Assembly: GCF_963921235.1 (NCBI RefSeq)
Contig: NC_086118.1
Coordinates: 16,680,001 to 16,744,000, forward strand
From: Mobula hypostoma
Taxonomy: Eukaryota
Direction: 5' to 3'
Length of the DNA stretch: 64,000 nt
Shown piece by piece: positions 37,701 through 49,875 of the stretch (position 1 is its first letter; the number at the start of each line of letters is the position of its first letter). The position numbers were made by a program, and so were the translations under genes. The notes beneath the pieces were generated by a model. That model was not told the origin of the DNA, did no database searches, and saw nothing but the letters and a program-made list of their open reading frames with translations.

Positions 37701-39854
37701 CCTAATGCAGTAACAAACAGCTAACTTATGGATGGGCTGTCCCTGCAGACAATCATTTGGGAGACTTGCGGGATGGATGGGAATGTATTTACGAGTGACT
37801 GCAAGCTACCAGCATTTGATGTCAGGTGAGAGTAGGGCTCCTCTGCATGCCTTCTCATTTTCTTGAATAAATCTCTAACATCAGTGAACATGTTTGTCAC
37901 AGATTTTTTGATTTTGCCCTAATTAAAAGCCTGTGCATTCTAACTGTTCAGGATCCAGTGTATGACGACCAAATAAATTCTGCTAGCCTTTAATTTATAC
38001 CCAGTTTAAGGCTGGAATATGTTGAAATGCCCACAGATAGTTAGATGGTGATTTTATGTCAAGATCATCTCTTCACAGTTAACGCACCATGTCAAACGCT
38101 AATCAGATGGGTTCAAATGCCACTTAAACAATCAGTCTGAAATTCCTATAAAGCTCAAGGCACAGTTAAAACTGTAATCAACAGCTTTAAATGTAGCCAA
38201 ACTAGAATGGGTGCATTATGCAAAGCTAGAAAACTACTTAACTTTAATCCACCAATTTTGTATTTATAACCTGCTATTTATCAATCGCAGCTTCAAAATG
38301 TCTGAAGAAGCAACTTAGCATTGCTTCTTATGATTTATCTGTCTGTCCAGTGGTGTCAATGCGTTGAAATATCCAAAATGCAGTCAATAGTGTAAAATAG
38401 CGAACACATTAGATTGTCCTTTTTACACAATCAAATTATTGTTTGACAGAAGGAGTTTGTCCTCAATTATATACTGAGTCCACACCATCTACTTCTCAGG
38501 TCCATCCCATCAAACTTCAGAATGCCAACCCTTATGCATGGATGAAACACAGAAACATAGGAAACCTACAGCACAATACAGGCCCTTCGGCCCACAATGC
38601 TGTGCTGTACACGTACTTACTTTAGAAATTACCTCGGATCCCCCGTAGCCCTCTATTTTTCTAAGTTTCAAGTACCTATCCAGGAGTCTCTTAAAAGACG
38701 CTTTCACATCCTCCTCCACTACCATCGCCGGCAGCCCATTCCACGCACTCACCACTCTCTGCGTAAAAAACTTATCCCTGACATCTCCTCTGTACCTGCT
38801 TCCAAGTACCTTAAAACTGTGCCCACTTGTGTTAGCCATTTCAGCCCTGGGAAAAAAGTCTCTGACTATCCACACAATCATCATCTTATACACCTCTATC
38901 AGGTCACCCCTCATCCTCTGCCACTCCAAGGAGAAAAGGCAACATCCTTGTAAGTCTCCCCTGCATCCTTTCTATAGTTTCCACATGCTTCCTGTAGTGA
39001 GGTGACCAGAATTGAGCACAGTACTCCAGGTGGGGTCTGACCAGGGTCCTATATAGCTGTAACATTACCTCTTGGCTCTTAAACTCAATCCCACGGTTGA
39101 TGAAGGCCAATGCACCATATGCCTTCTTAACCATAGAGTCAACCTGTGCAGCACCTTTGAGTGTCCTATGGAATCGAACCCCAAGATCCCTCTGATCCTC
39201 TAATTGCCAAGAGTCTTACCATTAATACTAAATTCTGCCATCATATTTAACCTACCAAAATGAACCACTTCACACTTATCTGGGTTGAACTCCATCTGCC
39301 ACTTCTCAGCCCAGTTTTGCATCCCATCGATATCCGCTGTAAGCTCTGACAGCCCTCCACACTATCCACAACACCCCAAACCATTGCGTCATCAGCAAAT
39401 TTACTAACCCATCCCTCCACTTCTTCATCCAGATCATTTATAAAAATCATGAAGAGTAGGGGTCCTAGAACAGATCCCTGAGGCACACCACTGGTCACCG
39501 ACCTCCGTGCAGAATATGATCCGTCTACAACCACTCTTTGCCTTCTGTGAGCAAGCCAGTTCTGGATCCACAAAGCAATGTCCCCTTTGATCCCATGCTT
39601 CCTTAGTTTCTCAATAAGCCTTGCATGGGGTACCTTATCAAATGCCTTGCTAAAATCCATATACTCTACATCTACTGCTTTACCTCATCAATGTGTTTAC
39701 TTACATCCTCAAAAAAATTAAATCAGGCTCGTAAGGCACAACCTGCCTTTGACAAAGCCATGCTGACTACTCCTAATCATATTATACCTCTCCAAATGTT
39801 CATAAATCCTGCCTCTCAGGATCTTCTCCATCAACTTACCAATCACTGAAGTAC

Positions 39855-40744
39855 GACTCACTGGTCTATAATTTCCCGGGCTATCTCTTCTCCCGTTCTT
39901 GAATAGGGGAACCACATCCGCAACACTCCAGTCCTCTGGAACCTCTCCCGTCCCCATTGATGATGCAAAAATCATTGCCAGAGGCTCAGCAATCTCCTCC
40001 CCCACCTCCCACAGTAGCCTGGGGTACATCTTGACTCACTGGTCTATAATTTCCCGGGCTATCTCTACTCCCGTTCTTGAATAGGGGAACCACATCCGCA
40101 ACACTCCAGTCCTCTGGAACCTCTCCTGTCCCCATTGATGATGCAAAAATCATTGCCAGAGGCTCAGCAATCTCCTCCCCCACCTCCCACAGTAGCCTGG
40201 GGTACATCTTGACTCACTGGTCTATAATTTCCCGGGCTATCTCTACTCCCGTTCTTGAATAGGGGAACCACATCCGCAACACTCCAGTCCTCTGGAACCT
40301 CTCCCGTCCCCATTGATGATGCAAAAATCATTGCCAGAGGCTCAGCAATCTCCTCCCCCACCTCCCACAGTAGCCTGGGGTACATCTTGACTCACTGGTC
40401 TATAATTTCCCGGGCTATCTCTACTCCCGTTCTTGAATAGGGGAACCACATCCGCAACACTCCAGTCCTCTGGAACCTCTCCCGTCCCCATTGATGATGC
40501 AAAAATCATTGCCAGAGGCTCAGCAATCTCCTCCCCCACCTCCCACAGTAGCCTGGGGTACATCTTGACTCACTGGTCTATAATTTCCCGGGCTATCTCT
40601 TCTCCCGTTCTTGAATAGGGGAACCACATCCGCAACACTCCAATCCTCTGGAACCTCTCCCGTCCCCATTGATGATGCAAAAATCATTGCCAGAGGCTCA
40701 GCAATCTCCTCCCCCACCTCCCACAGTAGCCTGGGGTACATCTT
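39855..40744. repeat. 5 x 178-bp tandem array inside CR1 ORF2
   Basis: Units starting gactcactggtctataatttcccggg at 39855, 40033, 40211, 40389 and 40567; nearly identical. Confidence 0.97.
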
Positions 40745-41755
40745 GTCTGGTCCCGGAGATTTATCCAACTTGATGCTTTTCAAAACCTCCAATACATCCC
40801 CTTCCTTAATGTCTACATGCTCAAGCTTTTCAATCCATTGTAAGTCATCCCTACAATTGCCACAATCCTTTTCTGTAGTGAATACTGAAGCAAATTATTC
40901 ATTAAGTACCTCTGCTATCTCCTCCAGTTCCATACACACTTTTCCACTGTCACACTTGATTAGTCCTATTCTCTCACGTCTTATCCTCTTGCTTTTCAAG
41001 TATTTGTAGAATCCCTTGGGGTTTTCCTTAATCCTGCTCACCAAGTTCTTTTCATGGCCCCTTCTGGCTCTCCTAATTTCATTCTTAAGCTCCTTCCTGC
41101 TAATAATCATTACCTAGTTCTTTGAACCTCTCGTAAGCTTGCCTTTTCTTCTTGACTAGATTTTCAATAACCTTTTTTCACCATGGTTCCTGTACCCTAC
41201 CATCCTTTCCCTCTCCCATTAGAACGTACCTTTGCAGAAGACCACGCAAATATCCCCTGAACATTTTTCCACATTTCTGCCGTACATTTCCCTGAGAATA
41301 TCTGTTCCCAATTTATGCTTCCAAGTTCCTGCCTGATAGCTTCATATTTCCCCTTACTCCAATTAATCACTTTCCTAACTTGTCTGTTCCTATCTCTCTC
41401 TAATGCTATGGTAAAAGAGAGAGAATTCTGATCACTATCTTCAAAACGCTCTCCCACTGAGAGACCTGACACCTGTCCAGGTTCATTCCCTAATACCAGA
41501 TCAAGTACAGCTTCTCCTCTTGAAGGCTTATCTACATATTGTGTCAGGAAACCTTCTTGAACACACCTAACAAACTCTACCCAATCTAAACCCCTTGCTC
41601 TAGGGAGATGCCAATCAATATTTGGGAAATTAAAATCTCCCACTACGATAGCCCTGTTATTATTACACCTTCCAGAATTTGTCTCCCTATCTGCTCCTCG
41701 ATGTCTCTGTTACTATTGGGTGGTCTATAAAAAACACCCAGTAGAGTTATTGACC

Positions 41756-42075
41756 AAAGCAACACTTTCAGTACGCTGGATGAACTCAGCAGGTCGGGCA
41801 GCATCAGTCAGAAATGATGAGTCGACGTTTCGGGCCGGAACCCTTCGTCAGGACTGAAGAATGAAAGATGGGGAAGGATTTGAAGAATGCTTGTAGCGTC
41901 AGTTGAAAGACCAGTAATTTGAAAGACAAAGGGGTGGGGGAGGGGAAGCATTAACATCATAGCCCTGAAAACAATGGGTAGTAGAAGAAGGAGGCGGAAC
42001 CATGAGGGAGCTGGGGGAGGGGTAGAGTGAAATAGGGATAGAGGCAGGGAGGGGGAGGGAATTACTGGAAGTTGG
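41756..42075 (-). mobile_element. Penelope 3' fragment with pLTR nested in the CR1 endonuclease domain
   Basis: 13-bp TSD agagttattgacc (41743-41755, 42076-42088). Confidence 0.9.
41820..41855 (-). ncRNA. Minimal type I hammerhead ribozyme motif (Penelope pLTR-associated)
   Basis: Minus strand AGTC-CTGACGA-A-GGG ttccgg CCC-GAAA-C-GTC-GACT. Stem I AGUC/GACU, stem II GGG/CCC, conserved CUGANGA and GAAA, GUC cleavage triplet, palindromic ACGU in place of stem III. Confidence 0.7.
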
Positions 42076-44262
42076 AGAGTTATTGACCCTTTCCTGTTTC
42101 TAACTTACACCCACAGAGACTCAGTAGACAACCCCTCCATAACTTTCTCCTTTTCTGCAGCCATGACACTAACTCTGATCAGCAGTGCCACGCCCCCACC
42201 TCTTTTGCCTCCCTCCCTGTCCTTTCTGAAACATCTAAAGCCTGGCACTCCAAGTAACCATTCCTGCCCCTGCGCCATCCAAGTCTCTGTAACGGCCACA
42301 ACATCATAGCTACAGGTACTGATCCAGGCTCTAAGCTCACCTGCTTTGTTCACGATGCTTCTTGAATTAAAATAGACACATCTCAAACCATTGGTCTGAG
42401 CGTATCCCTTCTCTATCACCTGCCTATCCTCTCTCTTGCATTGTCCCCAAGCTTTCTCTATTTGTGAGCCAACCACCCCTTTCTCTGTCTCTTCAGTTTG
42501 ATTCCCAACCCCAGCATTTCTAGTTTAAACTCTCCCCAATAGCCTTAGCAAACCTCCCTGCCAGGATATTGGTCCCCCTGGGATTCAAGTGCAACCCGTC
42601 CTTTTTGTACAGGTCATGCCTACCCCAAAAAGTTCCTAATGATCCAGAAATCTGAATCCCTTCCTCCTGGTCCAATCCCTCAGCCACGCATTTTATCCTC
42701 TACCTCACTCTATTCACTCATATTCACTGTCGCGTGGCACAGGCAGTAATCCCAAGGTTACTAACCTTTGAGGTCCTGCTTCTCAATTTCCTTCCTAACT
42801 CCCTGTAGTCTGTTTTCAGGACCTCCTCCCTTTTCCTACCTATTTTGTTGGTATCAAAGTTGTACCATGACCTCTGGCTGTTCACCCTCCCACTTCAGGA
42901 TATTGTTGACGCGATCAGAAACATCCTGGACCCTGGCACCTGGGAGGCAAACTACCATCCGTGTTTCTTTCCTGTGTCGACAGAATTGCCTGTCTGACCC
43001 CCTAACTATAGAGTCCCCTGTCACTGCTGCCATCCTCTTCCTTTCCCTACCCTTCTGAGCCACAGGGTTAGACTGTGCCAGAGACGCGACCACTGTTGCT
43101 TTCCCCAAGTAGGCCGTCCCCCCGCAACATTGCTCAAACAGGAGAACTTATTGTTAAGGGGGACAGCCACAGGGGTACTCTCTAGTATCTGATTCTTGTC
43201 CTTCCCTTTCCTGACTGTTACCCACTTATCAGTCTCCCGAGGCTGCGGTGTGACTACTTGCCTATAGTTTGTCTCTATCACCTACTCACTTTCCCTGACC
43301 AATGAATTCTCAGAAACAGCAGGTAGGACAAATGGCTTGTTGATTTTTATTACTAATTGCATTATATTACCTAGACAGCATAGCAAGTAAATTTCTCTAA
43401 TTTTCCAAACAGCACCATCAACTGGCTATCTGAGCAGCTAAGTGTAACCATGGTTTGATATATCATCCAGGACAATGAAGATGTCAGTCAAGATTTCAGC
43501 TCATTGCTGAAGTAGGGTTTGAATCCATGTGATTCTGAATCAAAAGAAGGGGGCACAAAAACAATATTCAACAGAACAATGCAGAATGATACCAATCACA
43601 GCAATTTTAAAACAGATTAATTTTATATTAAGATATATTCATGATATATCTTCAAGTATATCATGGAATAGACAGCTTAATACCTTGGAGATTAAGCTTA
43701 TAAGATAAATGGAGTATAAATAATTAAGGCTATCATTAGAGACACTCTTTGGATTTCTATGATTTGTCATGGAAAATTAACTTATGTTATTACTTGGCCA
43801 TAATGTATCTCTAACAACAAGTAAATCTTGATATTCTAAAAATATTCCCAGCAGTGAATATCTGGAATTCCTTTGATTATTACCCCTCAGTTTAAGTGGC
43901 TTTTGAACACATCTGATTAACTTGTGAAGTGAAGTGAAACACTAACTGTTCAGGGGTGACTTCTTCAGTCTGCGTGAGCTCTGACTGCCCTGCATTACAA
44001 CTGTTTTAATACTATTTTGTATTGAGACGGAAAAGCTATCGGCACTTTAGGCAATTATAGACACCTCTCCATTGTAGACCAGCATTCAGATTCTGGAACT
44101 ACACGTTGACAGCAAGAGCTATCTCTGATATTTCACCAGTACTTGTACATTATGTTCTGAAACCTTTTTCATGCTTCTGTTACACATTTCCATTCTGAGT
44201 GCAAAACGAAATATGAGTGAAGTCTTTCTTGATTCGACAAAGCTCATTCAAAGCTTATATAT

Positions 44263-44535
44263 GGGGTGGCACGGTACCATAGTGGGTAGCACATGGCTTT
44301 ACAGTACCAGCGATCTGGGTTCAATTCTCACCGCTGTCTGTAAGTAGATTGCACGTTCTCCACGTGATGCGTGGGTCTCCTCCGGGTGTTCCGGTCTCCT
44401 CCCACATTGCAAAGCCACACTGGTTGGGAGGTTAATTGGTCATTGTAAATCATCCTGTGATTAGGCTAGGATTACACAGGGGCAGGGTTGCTTTGCAGCG
44501 CAGCTCGGAGGGATGGAAGGGCCTATTCCATGCTG
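44263..44535 (+). mobile_element. tRNA-derived SINE
   Basis: ggggtggcacggtaccatagtgggtagc A-box region, gggttcaattc B box; same family as 17795. Confidence 0.75.
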
Positions 44536-47069
44536 AAGGCAAAGGGAGATCATGTGAAAGTTTGATAGCTGAGGAATTCTCAAGCGCTCAAAGGGATACA
44601 GAGAATGGGAGTTACTGAGGATGCCAATGACTCTTGAACATCACAACTTCAAATTTCAGGGTCAAGGTTAGGTTCAAGGGAGGAGAAGTTGGGTTAGACC
44701 CTTAGAGACGTGGGGCACAGTGAATGGAGACAAAAAGGTTCACAGTCAATGTCTTAAGTCAAGAGGAGAGTTTCAGAGCCTGTATTTTGGGTGGACGAAA
44801 GCGGAGAAGGATCAGAGTCTGTACCATATGTAGAGAGGAGAGGGACCAAAGTCTGTGCCTTGACTAGATCAGTGAGGGGAGAAATAACTGCGCTGAGATC
44901 AGCAAGGATCACAGTGGGAAATCCAGGATTTTCACTGAGGCTCGGGGCAGAGGTGATTAATGCAGTTGGGTTTGGAGATCAAAGCTTCTAGTGCATGTTC
45001 TGTATGGCACAGAGCCAAGCAAATGGGCGACCAGTGGATAGTCAGTGCATTGTAGGAAGGGCACAAAATGGTTGAAAGTAAATATGGGATTTATATCTCA
45101 GGATTTCCATTTCAGCGGAATAAACTGAGGAACTGAGGTGTTCCTGGAGTGCCCAGTGATGGATATTACCTCTACAGCATGGTCTAGGATCCCCCACTTT
45201 GTTCCAAAATCAGTGTGATACTGGAAATGCCACCATCTTATACATCCAGGTGGTAACTCCATGATGGGCACAACAGTAACTGTTGGCCTACAGTGTGCAG
45301 ATAGATTTCTAAAGTGACACAAAATCATCATTACTGAATTTCACTCTGAAAAATAAATGATTTCTGATTGAATAACATTGAAAAAGTTAAAAGTTAACCC
45401 AGTGCAGCTTGCTAGCCATAAACGTAATGCTAGAGGAAGTGGCTGAGGCAGTACAATAACAGCAATTAAACGACATTTGGACACGCACGTTGGAGAGGAA
45501 AGGCATAGAGGATATCTTAGGGCTCGGACTCTGATAGTTAAGTAAAACCTGTCTTATCTTAAGCTCTGAATCTTTGGATTTGAAGCTTACTTTTTAAATC
45601 CAGCTTGTTGGAACCTTGTTAACTAGATCATTTAGAGCCTTTGATGTGCATTGGCACAAAGATCAACAGTTAAGCATGTGGAAACTCTACAAGGCTGATA
45701 GTCAACAAATGAGTTCAGACGGAAGTCAGGATAAGAGTTGTGCGGTGGGTGAAGAAGAACAGAAAAATATTTGACCGACCTAAAGGGGCTGTTCATCAAC
45801 TGGCTCGGAATTGTGAACTCCCTGTGCCAGGCTGTTTGTTCCAGTGTGACCTCTGGCACAATCTGCAGCGGGTAGCTTGGCCCCCAGCACTTTGGTGTGG
45901 CTGAGTGTAGCAATGGGGTAGAATGTCTTTGACAGCTGAAGAGGCCTCACTCCCCACCCCCCCAAGATCACTATCTGTCTGAGATATCTGTGCAGTTCAG
46001 TTTTTGAATGGCTTTGTTATAAATATCCTGATATGCAAATATTGCTTCAAATATTTAGTTTTACATTTCAAAATCTAAAAAAAACACTAAAAATAAATTG
46101 AAGCAATCAAAGCTACCTTAAGTAAATAATAAAAAAGAAGTCTAAGTAACCTTCTTCCGAGGAGTCATTACTTCCCACATGTTTAAATGGGCAACTGCAG
46201 GACTCAGTTAACTACAATCAATGTTTCTTCTTTGTGTATAATGAAAATTCTGAAGGATAACAATGCAATCCATTACAAGTTGGGTAAATGAATAGCAACT
46301 ACCCGGTTCAGCTAAGACATTGATAGAGAGAAGCATTTTCATGACATTTATGCATTGGGTATTCTTATGAATGGTCTCGGACCCGTAACTTTTTACTCAG
46401 AATTATAGTTAGGTTTATTATCACTGACTTATATGTTGTGAAATTTGTTTCTGTTGCACAGATACTGCCTGACCTGCTGAATATTTCCAGAACTCTATTT
46501 ATTTCATATTTCCAGTATCTACAGTTTATTGGTTTTCTCCGTGGCCATAATTACAACCTCAGAGATATTTCCAGTGAGTCTTTAATCTGATGAGCTGCAG
46601 GATTCTGTGCAAAATCTAAAATGCTTTCTCGTTTCCAATGAATGTTATTTACTTTTAAAGCAGCTAAACTTATCTATTGTAAGCTGGATGACAGGCAATC
46701 AACATCTCAGGTATTTTTGATTTCGGTGTCATGTGGAATTGGATAGGGCCCAATTCTTTAGTGTCAGGCTGCATATATTAAATTTTATTTTGACCCAGTC
46801 TCTTCTTGCTTTACAATCAACCCATGTCCACGCTGAATAAGTTCAAATAGGCACAAAGCATTCATGCTGGATAAATGTCCTCTGATACATTTCTGGATGA
46901 GTTCCAAAGCCTCTTTACCAAACAGCCTCCTGTTCAGTGAAGATCAGTGAGTCTTCATTAAAGTAGAATGTGCAATCTCAGGGGTGGCATTCACGTCAAG
47001 GAGCTGGAAGTTTCTGAATTCAAATCCCACTCCAAGCATGTGAAAATACAATCCAGCTAACATTTTAGT

Positions 47070-47165
47070 GACATACATCAAAGTTGCTGGTGAACGCAGC
47101 AGGCCAAGCAGCATCTATAGGAAGAGGCGCAGTCGACGTTTCAGGCCGAGACCCTTCGTCAGGAC
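47070..47165 (-). mobile_element. Mini Penelope pLTR copy with an intact hammerhead core
   Basis: 47070-47163 is identical over 94 nt to 26579-26672. Confidence 0.85.
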
Positions 47166-47474
47166 GGACTTATTCAGGTGGACTTATTCAGAAAAAAATT
47201 ATTTGGTCTACTAATATAAATATGCAACTTCATCCTCTTCTAACAGAACCAAAACAAATTACCTGCTCATGTACTTTCTTGCTGTATGCAACATGATTCC
47301 CATACATAAAATGTATTTCTTTGCTACTTACTTGCAGGACATTGCTTCAGCAATACATGCGTACCAAATTAGTCTCATATACCAATCTGCAGAGATGGGC
47401 AAAGATGCATTATCATCATACAAACGAAGTTTCTGGAAGCAAAGGGTTAAAGTTCAGAGCTGAATCTGACGATA

Positions 47475-48212
47475 CTAAGACCATAAGGCATAGGAGCAGA
47501 AATAGGCCATTTGTCCCAGTGTATCTGCCCCATTTGATCTTGGCTGATTTCCCTCTCAACCACCTTCCCCTGCCTTATCCCTGTAATCTTTGACATCCTA
47601 ATTAATGAAGAATCTATCAACATCCACTTCAAACATACCCAATGGCTTGGCCTCCACACCCCTCCTTCCTTCTCATTTCTGTTCTAAAGCGATACTCTAT
47701 TCCAAGACTGTGCTCTCTGGTTATAGACCATCACACTACTGGGAACATGGTCTCCATGTCCATCCTGTCCAAACTTTTCAGTAACAGGTAGACTTCAATT
47801 AGATCATCCTCATTCTTCTAAATTCCAGCAAGTACAGGGCCATAGCCATCAAATGCTCCTCATAAATTAATGTTTTCATTACCATGAACATTCCCGTAAA
47901 CCTCCTCTCAACCTGCTCCCATGCTAGCACATCTCTTCTTAGGTAAGGGGCTCAAAGCTGCTCACATTACTCCAAGTGCAATCTGACCAACACCTTATAA
48001 AGCCTCAGTGTTACATCCTTACTTTTATAGTCTAGTCATCTCAAAATAAATGCTGACATTGTGTTTGCCTTCCTTACCACTGACTCAACCTGCAAGTTAA
48101 TCTTGCAGCATGATGACTCCAATGTCCCTTGAATCTTTGATTTCTGAATTTTTTCCCCATTTAGAAAATAGTCTATGTCTTTATTCCTTCTACCAAAGTG
48201 CATGACCACGCA
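47475..48212 (-). mobile_element. CR1 3' fragment
   Basis: taagaccataaggcataggagcagaaataggcc tail (same subfamily as 12047-12260) and degenerate RT C-terminus. Confidence 0.75.
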
Positions 48213-48371
48213 CTCTAATATTTTACATCCTAATTATGTTATTGGCTAGCTTACCTTCATGTGTCATCTTTTCTCTTCTTATACTCACTAGAAAGTTATG
48301 CTTATTCCTACACTCTGTGTCGACAACAACTACTGACACTTCTTTACCTGTCCTGTTTGTTACTTCCACAG

Positions 48372-48770
48372 AATCAAAATCAAAATCAGGTTTATTATGA
48401 CTGACTTATGTCGTGAATTGTTTTGTTTCACAGCAGCAGTACCGTGCTATATATAAATATACTATATATTATTATAATAAGAACATATAGATCTAAAAAT
48501 TAAACAGGTAGTGCAAAAATGATGAGGTAGTGTTCATGGTTACAATGTCCATTCAGAAATCAGCTGGTTGAGGGGAAAAAGCTGTTCTTAAAACAATGAG
48601 TGTGCATCTTCAGCTACCCTTCCTCCTCTCTGATGGTAGCAATGAGATGGTGCTTGTGCTTATCCTCACCACACAATCGTAGGTGTAGAGAGAGTAGAGC
48701 AGTGGGCTAAGCACGCATCTTTGAGATGCACTGGTGTTGACTGTCAGCAAGAAGGAGATGTTTTCCTCAA
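48372..48770 (-). mobile_element. Rex1/L2-like fragment, internally deleted
   Basis: (aatcaa) tail with aggtttatt; RT remnant QRCVLSPLLYSLYTYDCV in ORF 48610-48804. Confidence 0.6.
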
Positions 48771-49673
48771 AGAAATCCAACAGATCATCAGGTAAAATCT
48801 CCAAGTACCGAAAATCTACATCCTTTACAGCACTGATTAAACATCAGAAGTAAAATACCAGTTAAAAGATAAATTAATTTCCAAAATGATGACCAATCAG
48901 CTGATTGATAAGTACAGAAGTCAAGTATTCGGAGCAAACACCACAATCAACAGCGCAGTAACGATGTCTCCTTGCTTGGTGATGAAACATTTGCAAATGG
49001 ATTGCCAAGATCAAAGAGCAACTCAACCCAACCATCAACTACCTGAGCTACACATTGTCTGAATTATTTCCATAAAATAATTGTTGATGAAAGGTCAAAA
49101 GTAACTACCAGAATCGTAAACACAAATATACTAAACTGAATAAAACACTACTGACTTACAAGATTTTCTAATCACTTCAGTAATTTAGATCCAACTTGCA
49201 TTACATGTTACTATCAGTTATTTGCTCAAACAGGAGAATTAAAGGTTTTTAACTTTGTAAAACTGCCTGAAGAATACTGGGTCCCTATGTTTTTGGCGAT
49301 GAAAGAAAATAAAAATAACCAGTCAAAAAAAGACTGTGTCAACAAGAGTACTGCTCCGAACTATAAATAATCCAGAAATTGGAAAGTTCCTGTTTCCAAT
49401 AAAACTGCTGGATTGGTGGTCCACATTTCTACTGAAAATATTGTTTTAGAAATTATCTTATGTATCTGTACTAGGTGTTTTGAAGTATAGTGCAAATAAT
49501 CTTTCCATTCCATTGAAACTTTTGAAGGGAAAATATCTCTGTAAACACTCTCGTTTCTTGAGTACTGTACTAACAGAACCTCAGACCTATTCCAAATCAA
49601 TTATCTAATTGGTTGACAATTATTATGAAGCACATCACTTATAGCTTTTCCTATATAATCAAACACATCCTAC

Positions 49674-49875
49674 CATTCTTCCGCTCAGTGAGAGGTGGTA
49701 GTGGCTGATCTGTCTGCACGGGCAGATCTTTCATTTCCGAGGTCATGCAGTCACTTTTGGGATTGCAATCTTCTGCCTTCCCATGAACTGGATCAGAATT
49801 CTGGTCCGAGCCCCCATTTTTCGTCACTCCATTCAACTTGCTCGGAGTGGGAGTTGCTTCCGTTGATTGCTCCAC
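49674..49875 (-). CDS. Coding part of an N-terminal exon (exon 49674-49919) of a myocardin/MRTF-family SRF coactivator; paralog (MYOCD, MRTFA or MRTFB) unresolved
   Basis: Translation VEQSTEATPTPSKLNGVTKNGGSDQNSDPVHGKAEDCNPKSDCMTSEMKDLPVQTDQPLPPLTERKN ends in the LPPLxERKN motif that precedes RPEL1 (VLQLxLQQRR) in MRTF proteins. Acceptor ttattttgcAG|G at 49921-49920. Phase-1 donor AAT G|GTAGGA at 49673-49672 fits a split Val codon. I did not find the next (VLQL...) exon in the window. Confidence 0.8.

Larger units (their letters stand above)
38547..43301 (-). mobile_element. Near-full-length decayed CR1 LINE (SGNH-esterase ORF1 + APE endonuclease/RT ORF2)
   Basis: GDSIVRG...VVCLPGARVQDV (esterase), VYFNSRSIVNK...VAVTETW and MGDFNFPNIDW (endonuclease), KSPGPD, NYRPVS, MDFSKAFDKVPH, FADD; tail at 38547. 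Multiple frameshifts. Confidence 0.95.

Noticed and set aside
39855..40744. Regular repeat array as CRISPR or a repeat-protein gene
   Set aside because: There are no unique spacers, the units are CR1 RT sequence, and the 178-bp period shifts frame; the repeated 61/73-aa ORFs are by-products.
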